Source: an uncultured Bifidobacteriaceae bacterium
GTDB lineage: Bacteria; Bacteroidota; Bacteroidia; Cytophagales; UBA9547
DNA: 64,000 bases
Direction: 5' to 3'
NCBI GenBank assembly: GCA_964572965.1
Contig: CAZNHL010000005.1
Coordinates: forward strand, 39,782-103,781
Shown here: positions 17,449 to 25,080 of the stretch, in pieces
How the letters are laid out: the number at the start of each line of letters is the position of its first letter
Position numbering within the stretch: the stretch's first letter is position 1
The notes under the pieces: model-generated
The model's input: only the letters and a program-made list of their open reading frames with translations
Database searches by the model: none
What the model was told of the DNA's origin: nothing
Made by a program: the position numbers and the translations under genes

Positions 17449-20400
17449 ATGAACTGCTTCCGCAAACTACTTGTGCCGTTTCTGCTTACTATTTACAGTT
17501 TGCAGGTTTCATCGGCTACTTATAATGTTACCAATGACAATAATGCAGGAGCAGGCTCATTGCGACAGGCAATACTGGATGCCAATGCCAATCCTGGAGC
17601 GGATATTATCAATGTGACAGCTAATTATTATATCAATGTACTCAGTCCTTTACCTACGATTACAGATCAGCTGTCCATTACTAATAACAGACTGGAAATA
17701 GATGGCGCCAGTTGCAGTCCTAACAACAACGGCCTGTATGTAAATGCTGCTAACTGTACTATTAACAGACTTTATGTATACAGATTCACTGTAGGGATTC
17801 GTATCGAGAGGGCTAATACAACAGTAAGTGCCTGTAATATAGGTATGACTACAGCAGACCTGGCCCTGGCGAATCAAATAGGCGTTTTTATTACATCCTC
17901 AGACAATCAGATTATATCCAGTTTTATATCGGGTAATAGCGGCAGCGGCATTATTCTTGACGGAGCTGGTGCAATCAGGAACAAAATACAATCATGTTAT
18001 ATAGGGGTAAAAAGTGATGGTATAACTGCGCTTGCCAATGGTACTCAGGGCGTTTTATTGCAGTCTGGAGCTTCTTCAAATATTATTGGTACAGATAGTG
18101 ATGGTTTAAATGATGCAACTGAAGGAAACCTGCTTTCCGGTAATGGCGCCAGTGGTGTCAGGATTATTGCAGGTAGCAATCAGAATATTGTAGCTGGTAA
18201 TAAAATAGGTACGAACATAAACGGAACAGCTGCTTTAGCTAATCTTTCAGCCGGTATTTATATCAGCAACAGTAATAATAATCAAATCGGTGGCGGACTT
18301 GCTGCACAACGAAACATCATCTCCTGTAACCGCTGGGACGGTATAGATATCATCAGCAATTCAACCGGCAATAAAGTGCAGGGTAATTATATAGGAGTCG
18401 ACATTAACGGAACTGCTAACCTGGGTAACAGGTACTATGGAATTTACACACAAGACGTAACCTATACTTTGATTGGTACCAATGCCGATGGTATTAATGA
18501 TGCTACTGAAGGTAATGTGATTGCCGGAAACAGCTTTACTGCAATTCACCTTTTTATGAATTGTCATTATAACATTGTAGCGGGTAACTTAATGGGCACC
18601 AATGCTGCAGGTACAGCAATAATTGCCAATGGGCTCTTTAATCTATATGTCAATGCGTCTAATTACAACCAGATCGGTGGTCCGCTGGCTGTACAGCGTA
18701 ATCTTATTTCCGGCAGTAACAGTTATGGTATTTATATAGAAAACTGTACTCAGATCAACAAGATCCAGGGTAATTATATCGGAACAAACAAAGCTGGTAC
18801 TGCCGCCCTTCCTAACCGTTCTTATGGGATCTGGGCTTTTAATAGTCTTACAAATTTAATTGTGGGTACTGACGGTGACGGAGTAAACGATGCGACCGAA
18901 GGAAACCTGATTTCCGGTAACAACAATTATGGTATTTATATTGAGGCTAATACTTATTCTAATGTTTTTGCGGGCAATCTGATCGGTACTAATGCCACGG
19001 GTACCGGTATACTCCCTAATGGCGGAGGTATTTATATCACCGGAGGTAACAACAATAACAAGATCGGCGGTTCGCTTGCGGCACAACGTAATATCATTTC
19101 AGGAAACGGAGGTCATGGTATCGGTATTGAAAGCGGAACTTCAGGTACGAAAATCCAGAACAACTATATTGGTACAGACATCACAGGTACGCTTGATTTA
19201 GGTAATAGAGCTCATGGTGTTTACCTGATCCTGAATGTTACAAACACTGTTATTGGTACAGACGGGGACGGAGTAAATGACGCTAATGAGGGTAACCTTA
19301 TTTCCGGAAATAAGGATTGCGGAATCAGGATACATAATACTTCTCCTGGTAATGTTGTGGCCGGCAATCTGATCGGTACAAATGCAGCTGGTACTGCCGC
19401 CGTCGGTAATACCAATTATGGTGTTTTGATTTCTGGGGGTAGTATTAATAATACCATCGGTACTAATGGTAACGGTGTAAGCGATGCACTTGAAGGAAAC
19501 CTGATTTCCGGCAATTACAATGGTGTATTCATTGATAACAGTTCTCGGAATATTGTGACTGGCAATAAAATAGGGACAGACAAAGCAGGTACTGTTTCTG
19601 TAGCCAATACGCATGATGGCGTTTACCTGAAATCAGCAAATGATAACCGTATCGGCGGTACAGGAACTGATGACGCAAATACAATAGCCTTCAACACTTT
19701 AAGAGGTATTGCTGTTGAGTCAGGTACAGGTAATGCTTTCAGGAGAAATTCCATATTTTCAAACGGAGGCTTAGGAATTGACCTTAATGTTGACGGGGTA
19801 ACACTGAATGATGCCGGTGATGCAGATACCGGACCTAACCAGCTACAGAATTTTCCGGTCATTGCTTCACACCAATGGACATCAACAACAGTGCGTGTAA
19901 CAGGTACTTTCAATAGTGAACCGAATAAGGTTTATATACTAGAGTTTTTTGTTTCTGTGTCCCGTGACCCTAGTGGCTACGGTGAAGGCAGCAGGTATAT
20001 CGGCACCACCAATGTCTCTACAGATGCTTCAGGCAATGCCACTTATGATGTTGTGCTGGCAGTCACTGTACCTGCCGGTTATTATGTAACAGCTACTGCG
20101 ACAGATCCATCCAATAATACCTCTGAGTTTTCAGGTTCATCAATTACACCTTTGCCGGTTACTTTGCTTCAATTTAATGTAAAGGCTTCTGATAACAATG
20201 CATTACTTACCTGGCATTCTGCCAATGAAAGGGCTTTTGCAGGATATGTTGTCGAAAAATCTCAGGATGGAGGAACTTTTGATTCATTGGGATTTGTACC
20301 TGCAGGTTTAACTTCTTATGCTTTTAGAGATCAGTCGGTGGTAACGGGTCTTACATATTACAGGTTGAAAATGATGGATCGCAACGGTGTATATACTTAT

Positions 20401-20688
20401 AGCAGTATAAAAGCGGTTAACAGCTCGTCTTTAGGCTTGGTGCTGGTATATCCCAATCCTGCAAAAGAAGTTTTGAATGTGGTATTGAATGAGATGGAGG
20501 CCGGCGAGCTAATCATAGTGATTACAGACATTAATGGATTGAAGGTTTATGAATACAGAGAAGAATGTGTTGAAAAAACAGGAGTCAGACACAACATAGC
20601 AACAAATGGGTTTCTCCCGGGAGCTTATGTCGTATCCGTTTGTACAGCAACAGGAGACATGTATAGGCAGAAGCTTATAATACAATAA
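17449..20688 (+). CDS. Secreted right-handed parallel beta-helix repeat protein with T9SS C-terminal sorting domain
   Basis: 1079 aa. Signal peptide; N-terminal GSLRQAILDANANPGADII. Dozens of coils of about 22 aa (..GN.IG.N..GT..L.N); recurring IGTDGDGVNDATEGNLISGN. GLGIDLNVDGVTLNDAGDADTGPNQLQNFPVI. Fn3-like segment (YYRLKMMDRNG), then CTD VYPNPAKEVLNV. Confidence 0.85.
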   Translation: MNCFRKLLVPFLLTIYSLQVSSATYNVTNDNNAGAGSLRQAILDANANPGADIINVTANYYINVLSPLPTITDQLSITNNRLEIDGASCSPNNNGLYVNAANCTINRLYVYRFTVGIRIERANTTVSACNIGMTTADLALANQIGVFITSSDNQIISSFISGNSGSGIILDGAGAIRNKIQSCYIGVKSDGITALANGTQGVLLQSGASSNIIGTDSDGLNDATEGNLLSGNGASGVRIIAGSNQNIVAGNKIGTNINGTAALANLSAGIYISNSNNNQIGGGLAAQRNIISCNRWDGIDIISNSTGNKVQGNYIGVDINGTANLGNRYYGIYTQDVTYTLIGTNADGINDATEGNVIAGNSFTAIHLFMNCHYNIVAGNLMGTNAAGTAIIANGLFNLYVNASNYNQIGGPLAVQRNLISGSNSYGIYIENCTQINKIQGNYIGTNKAGTAALPNRSYGIWAFNSLTNLIVGTDGDGVNDATEGNLISGNNNYGIYIEANTYSNVFAGNLIGTNATGTGILPNGGGIYITGGNNNNKIGGSLAAQRNIISGNGGHGIGIESGTSGTKIQNNYIGTDITGTLDLGNRAHGVYLILNVTNTVIGTDGDGVNDANEGNLISGNKDCGIRIHNTSPGNVVAGNLIGTNAAGTAAVGNTNYGVLISGGSINNTIGTNGNGVSDALEGNLISGNYNGVFIDNSSRNIVTGNKIGTDKAGTVSVANTHDGVYLKSANDNRIGGTGTDDANTIAFNTLRGIAVESGTGNAFRRNSIFSNGGLGIDLNVDGVTLNDAGDADTGPNQLQNFPVIASHQWTSTTVRVTGTFNSEPNKVYILEFFVSVSRDPSGYGEGSRYIGTTNVSTDASGNATYDVVLAVTVPAGYYVTATATDPSNNTSEFSGSSITPLPVTLLQFNVKASDNNALLTWHSANERAFAGYVVEKSQDGGTFDSLGFVPAGLTSYAFRDQSVVTGLTYYRLKMMDRNGVYTYSSIKAVNSSSLGLVLVYPNPAKEVLNVVLNEMEAGELIIVITDINGLKVYEYREECVEKTGVRHNIATNGFLPGAYVVSVCTATGDMYRQKLIIQ

Positions 20689-20695
20689 ATTGATT

Positions 20696-20762
20696 CTCCG
20701 TTTCATCGTGCCTTATCTGCGGAAGAAAAACTTATGAAGGTTCATAGAAACGGATAGTCATT
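20696..20762. repeat. MITE/REP-like element, copy 2 (compact)
   Basis: tctccgtttcatcgtgccttatctgcggaagaaaaacttatgaaggttcatagaaacggatagtcatt. It folds as a hairpin (tccgtttc/gaaacgga; cctt/aagg) and sits 8 nt after the stop of the beta-helix gene. Confidence 0.6.
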
Positions 20763-20792
20763 GTACAATAATATTCCAACTTCTAAATTACT

Positions 20793-20822
20793 AAGGCCCG
20801 TCTGATTTCAGGTGGGCTTTTT
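20793..20822 (+). terminator. Rho-independent terminator of the beta-helix gene
   Basis: Imperfect stem aggcccgtctga/tcaggtgggct followed by tttttt. Confidence 0.6.
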
Positions 20823-20932
20823 TAGTATTAGACATGACTTGATTTAAAACTAAACTATCAGATACAGGCATATTTTTAGATAGTATGTTTTTTCTGATAA
20901 ATTGATACATTGGTGTTTCAAAAGGATAGCCG

Positions 20933-21631
20933 ATGAAAATTACTCAAAATATTATTTGGTTGGTATTGATCAGTGTGCTCATTATTGCATGTAACAAAGA
21001 TCGTGAAAAGCAGAAGGAAGCGCTAACTACAGAAACGGCTCCTGTTGTACTTACAGACAGCATACGTTTATTAAAACATATTGACAGCTTGTCAACTGTA
21101 ATCCAATTTCCCTACCTCACTTCAGATGACAATCATAAAAACCAATATAAAGAAGGGCTTGCTGTCAATCTTTCAGAATTTAAAGACAAACAGCTTTTTA
21201 AGCTGTCATATCAGCGCATAAATTCTGATTTCGGGAATGAAGAAATCGAATATTCAATAGGTGATGAAGATTCTGTATTTAACCTGACAGGAAGTGATTA
21301 TAGACTGGATGGGGTATTGGTGGGAAAAACACCTGAATTTCTGGTTATTCATTTTTTTGATAGGGAGAAGGCTTCCGGCTGGCTGGTGACAATATCTCAT
21401 CAGTTAAAGCTTATTGATGCCATAAGGTCAGATGTATGGGAAGGTAATTCACATTACCAGTCAAAAAGAAGCATCAGAGTTTTTTCTGATCTGAAATTTG
21501 AGTTACTTAACTATTATAGTGTACAGACAGGCGAAACGGAGTTTGATGCTGTAGAAGGAAAAGAAAGCTGGTTTATAGATTCTAACGGTTACATCCGGAA
21601 AATAGAAGATACTACTGCCGCAACGAAATAA
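20933..21631 (+). CDS. Hypothetical lipoprotein (232 aa)
   Basis: Signal plus lipobox (VLIIACNKD). No recognisable domain. Confidence 0.5.
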   Translation: MKITQNIIWLVLISVLIIACNKDREKQKEALTTETAPVVLTDSIRLLKHIDSLSTVIQFPYLTSDDNHKNQYKEGLAVNLSEFKDKQLFKLSYQRINSDFGNEEIEYSIGDEDSVFNLTGSDYRLDGVLVGKTPEFLVIHFFDREKASGWLVTISHQLKLIDAIRSDVWEGNSHYQSKRSIRVFSDLKFELLNYYSVQTGETEFDAVEGKESWFIDSNGYIRKIEDTTAATK

Positions 21632-21722
21632 AACACTATGAAAATCAATAATTTGCTCCTGATTGGATAAGGATAGCAGCAGATCAGAACACTGTATCTG
21701 ACACAAAGTATTGATATATATA

Positions 21723-21757
21723 AAATGGTGTCAGGAGAAAACTCCTGACACCATTTC
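21723..21757. terminator. Bidirectional hairpin terminator
   Basis: 15-bp perfect stem aaatggtgtcaggag/ctcctgacaccattt with a 5-nt loop, between convergent genes. Confidence 0.7.
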
Positions 21758-21759
21758 AA

Positions 21760-22542
21760 TTAGTTGATATTTTTAAAGAAAACCGGACTATTGCCATAGA
21801 GCGGAGTACTGCCATTCCATTTTTCAATGAATTGTTGTTGTATCAACAGAGGGCTGAGTGTTTTTATTCTTAATTCGTTTGCTTTTGCTTCAGCTTCTGC
21901 CTCTACTATTTTCTTTTTTGCCTGAGCTTCAGCTACTTTTAGCTCATTTTCTACCTGCATGGCTTGTTGAACGGCTTTGTTCTTAGCATTGATGGCCTGA
22001 ACAATGGTTTCAGGATATTGTAACCCGCTGGTTAGTTGTTCCAGTTTGAAGCCATCGATACCTAAAGTAGCATCAAGTGTTTTTTGTACATCAGCTTCAA
22101 ACTGTTGTCTGTTGCTTATAAGCTCGTCTGTCGTATATTTATTCATCTGAATCCTAAACGCATCTTTTACATAATTCAACAGCGTAGTTTCAGTAATTTG
22201 GACTATTTCTTTTCTGTATTTTTTGAATATATGTGGTGATTTCCCTGATAGTACATAAAAAGAAATAGTTGGGTCTACTGTGAATACAGAACCGTCTTTG
22301 GCATTTACTGTAAAAGGCTCGTAATCGGCAGTCTGCACAAATGTCGGGAACTGGAATACGTCTTCTGTGAATGGGTTATACCATACACGGCCGGTTACCA
22401 GTGTTACATCCTGTACTCCTTTATCGGTACCATATTGTTTTACAAGTATACCTTCATGACCGGCGTCGATACGCGTGCATGAACCCAGGAGGATAGCCAC
22501 TGTAAGCAGTGCCGCTAATCCGATAAAAATCTTTTTGATCAT
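21760..22542 (-). CDS. SPFH/Band 7 (prohibitin-like) lipoprotein
   Basis: The ORF track extends to 22602. ATG 22542 gives MIKKIFIGLAALLTVAILLGSC. SPFH core (IDAGHEGILVKQYG) and a C-terminal coiled coil (AEAQAKKKIVEAEAEAKANE). Confidence 0.85.
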   Translation of the reverse strand: MIKKIFIGLAALLTVAILLGSCTRIDAGHEGILVKQYGTDKGVQDVTLVTGRVWYNPFTEDVFQFPTFVQTADYEPFTVNAKDGSVFTVDPTISFYVLSGKSPHIFKKYRKEIVQITETTLLNYVKDAFRIQMNKYTTDELISNRQQFEADVQKTLDATLGIDGFKLEQLTSGLQYPETIVQAINAKNKAVQQAMQVENELKVAEAQAKKKIVEAEAEAKANELRIKTLSPLLIQQQFIEKWNGSTPLYGNSPVFFKNIN

Positions 22543-22724
22543 TGTTTTAATTTTGAATAGATAAATTTGATTAAAAGGATATTGGCAGAAAGTAACAAAC
22601 AAAGCAATACTGCACCAAAGAAAACGTGCATGTCTGAGGCTTGTCTTAACAGCCAGGTAACAGGAGATAATAAAAGGATATCAGCCAGTACGATCAGCGG
22701 TATCCCGATAAGGTATTTGTTCAT
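22539..22724 (-). CDS. Small two-TM membrane protein (61 aa)
   Basis: Hydrophobic ORF whose TGA overlaps the SPFH ATG (ATGA), suggesting translational coupling. Confidence 0.45.
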   Translation of the reverse strand: MNKYLIGIPLIVLADILLLSPVTWLLRQASDMHVFFGAVLLCLLLSANILLIKFIYSKLKQ

Positions 22725-22754
22725 TACAATATAACTTGGCTAGAGGCTTCGTAA

Positions 22755-22859
22755 TTATTTCTTCTCCTTTTTTATTCTGTAAATGGTATAGATGACAGGA
22801 GCAAGGATTGCGATTGCAATAATAAAGTAAAAGAAACCTAACGAAGGGGCTTGTTGCAT
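22755..22859 (-). CDS. Possible 34-aa single-TM mini-protein
   Basis: Own translation: MQQAPSLGFFYFIIAIAILAPVIYTIYRIKKEKK. Below the ORF-track cutoff. It lies between the OmpA-family gene and the 61-aa ORF on the same strand. Confidence 0.25.
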   Translation of the reverse strand: MQQAPSLGFFYFIIAIAILAPVIYTIYRIKKEKK

Positions 22860-22880
22860 TATGGCGTTTTGTTGGGTGAC

Positions 22881-24893
22881 TTAAAAACCTTCGTATTCTT
22901 CATCGCCGGGTCTTACTACCTGAAATTCAACCCTACGGTTTAGCTTATGGTCAGCGTCGGTCAGTTCTTCTTTTACAATAGGTTTACTGCTTCCGTAACC
23001 AATTGCCTTAATACGGGATTTTTTGATGAAATCACCTTTCGTAGCGGCAAGATATTCTTTAATAGCATCAGCCCGTCTTTGTGAAAGATCTCTGTTTACA
23101 TTAGGGTCACCACTTTTGTCGGTATGGCCCGATATAATCAGTTTGAAATCGGGGTTGTCTATCAAGAAGTCAAATAATTTGTCAAGATCTGAATACATGA
23201 AAGGCGTGATATTGGCTTTGTCCCTTTCAAATTCCAGTGTAGCAAACTGGAGCTTTTTGAATTTAATAGACGGAGTTTTGATATGAATAGTTGTATCGCC
23301 TTCTATGTGCATTTTTTGTTCGATACGGAAGAAGTCGTCACCCTGAATGATCAATAAGTAATCTGCATTGTCTATCAGGTCAAATTCAAAGCTACCGTCA
23401 GGATGGATATTTTTTGGTGCAATCTCAATACCGTTTGTCAAGTCAATCATCGAAACAATACCATCGAAAGATTTTCCTGTAGCACTGTCACTCAATGTGC
23501 CTTTGAAAGAAGTAATGGCATTGGGCTGTGCCTCCATTGGCAGAGGAAAAGAATACAAATCAAGGTTGGTATTGTCGTCATTTTCAGCTCTTGAATAATA
23601 GAGGTTTTTCGCTTCAGAATCAATAGTGAAATAGTATTCGTTACCTTTCCCGTTTACCAGAGGGCCTACGTTTTTAGGCTCAATCCATACACCGTCAATG
23701 CAACGGGTTCTGTAAATGTCAAATTCTCCGAAGTTGAGCAGGTGTCCGTTAGAGCTGAAATAAAGAACATTGTAAGTCGGGTGCATAAATGGGCTTACTT
23801 CATTGTTAGAAGTATTAACGATTGGGCCCATGTTGATTGGAGTACCCCATTCCCCGCCTTTATTTTTTACACAATAATAAATGTCAGATAAACCGAACCC
23901 ACCCAGACGGTCAGATGCAAAATAAAGCGTGTCTTCAGAATGTGACAATGCTGGTTGTGAATCCCAGGAACGGCTGTTGATATGAAAACCTAAATTTTGC
24001 GGCGGTGACCAGGAAGTGTCTTTCGGGTTAAGTTGTGTGTAATAAATATCACAATCACCCATGCCGTCAGGAGCCATGCATTTTGCAAAATATACCGTCA
24101 GACCGTCTCTGGAAATACAGGCAGAACCTTCATTATATGGAGTGTTGAGCTTTTTCATGAGCTCGGCTTCATTCCAGAAACCATCGTCATTTTGTGTGAA
24201 GTAAAGGTCTTCGCTCAATTTCGGATCAAAAGACTTCTCTATCGGTACCCTTCTTGTAAAAATCAGATATTTACCATTTACATGCATAGCGGGGCCGTAA
24301 TCATCAAAACGGGAATTGACATTGTCTCCCATATTAATGAATACCCCAACGGGAGGGCGTAAAGTGTCAATGGCTTTCCTGTATTCTACAAGTTCATAAT
24401 AATGCTTTAGAGGAACCCAGGAATCTTCGTTGTTTATATTGAGTGTGTCGTAGTGTTTGCGTACACGAGCTTCGAGAGAAAAAATACGTTCGTGCTTAAG
24501 CACTATTTTGTAGAAAAATATAGCTTCCTCCTTGTTTCCGCGAAATTCATGTAACTGCGCAAGCTTCCAGAGAAGATCTGTGTCTTTGTTGAAATTACCG
24601 GCACCAAAGTTTAAGATGTAATTTTGTAAAGCCGGAAGGAGTTCTTCGAAGTTTTTACTTTCTTCAAATTTCCTTATTTCTTTAAGTTCTGCTTCATTAC
24701 GGTAATAGTTGATTTTACCCAGGTTATGAAATTTATAAGCAGTTTCGGGGTGTTTTCTCTCTTCGATTGAATCTCCTTTCAATGAAACTTCCCGATCAAC
24801 TACATAATTGTTCTTCTTTTGAGCCAATAAAAAATGATTTGCCCAAAGGTTGAAAAAGATTAATCCAACTATAAGTTTACTGTTTATTTTCAT
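22881..24893 (-). CDS. OmpA-family protein with TPR-like and TolB/PD40-like beta-propeller repeats
   Basis: 670 aa. Signal peptide; repeated S.DG..LYF.S.R.GG.G..DIY motifs. C-terminal OmpA domain (ISGHTDKSGDPNVNRDLSQRRADAIKEYL, NRRVEF). Confidence 0.85.
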   Translation of the reverse strand: MKINSKLIVGLIFFNLWANHFLLAQKKNNYVVDREVSLKGDSIEERKHPETAYKFHNLGKINYYRNEAELKEIRKFEESKNFEELLPALQNYILNFGAGNFNKDTDLLWKLAQLHEFRGNKEEAIFFYKIVLKHERIFSLEARVRKHYDTLNINNEDSWVPLKHYYELVEYRKAIDTLRPPVGVFINMGDNVNSRFDDYGPAMHVNGKYLIFTRRVPIEKSFDPKLSEDLYFTQNDDGFWNEAELMKKLNTPYNEGSACISRDGLTVYFAKCMAPDGMGDCDIYYTQLNPKDTSWSPPQNLGFHINSRSWDSQPALSHSEDTLYFASDRLGGFGLSDIYYCVKNKGGEWGTPINMGPIVNTSNNEVSPFMHPTYNVLYFSSNGHLLNFGEFDIYRTRCIDGVWIEPKNVGPLVNGKGNEYYFTIDSEAKNLYYSRAENDDNTNLDLYSFPLPMEAQPNAITSFKGTLSDSATGKSFDGIVSMIDLTNGIEIAPKNIHPDGSFEFDLIDNADYLLIIQGDDFFRIEQKMHIEGDTTIHIKTPSIKFKKLQFATLEFERDKANITPFMYSDLDKLFDFLIDNPDFKLIISGHTDKSGDPNVNRDLSQRRADAIKEYLAATKGDFIKKSRIKAIGYGSSKPIVKEELTDADHKLNRRVEFQVVRPGDEEYEGF

Positions 24894-24990
24894 TTAGGAT
24901 CGAAAATTCTTCGATAAAAGTAATTGTTATACTTTAATTCATAAAAATAGCATATTTTCGGAACTCTGCCCAATTTTCCGATTTTTCGTT

Positions 24991-25005
24991 TGGCATAAGT
25001 ATTGC
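24991..25005 (+). promoter_or_regulatory. Sigma-54-like -24/-12 element upstream of lon (candidate)
   Basis: TGGCATAAGTATTGC has GG and GC at the consensus spacing (TGGCACG-N4-TTGC) and lies 76 nt upstream of the lon ATG. A match of this quality could occur once by chance in a window this size. Confidence 0.25.
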
Positions 25006-25080
25006 CATTGTAGTTGAAACGTAAAATTTCTGTCTTTATTCTTTGATTTGTGACAGATTGGCATTTTTGATCTCGATACT

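Noticed and set aside
19198-19614. 138-aa antisense ORF (and other short ORFs) within the beta-helix gene.
   Set aside because: It is a by-product of the repetitive GN/GT-rich coding sequence. The sense frame is continuous for 1079 codons with clear domain logic.
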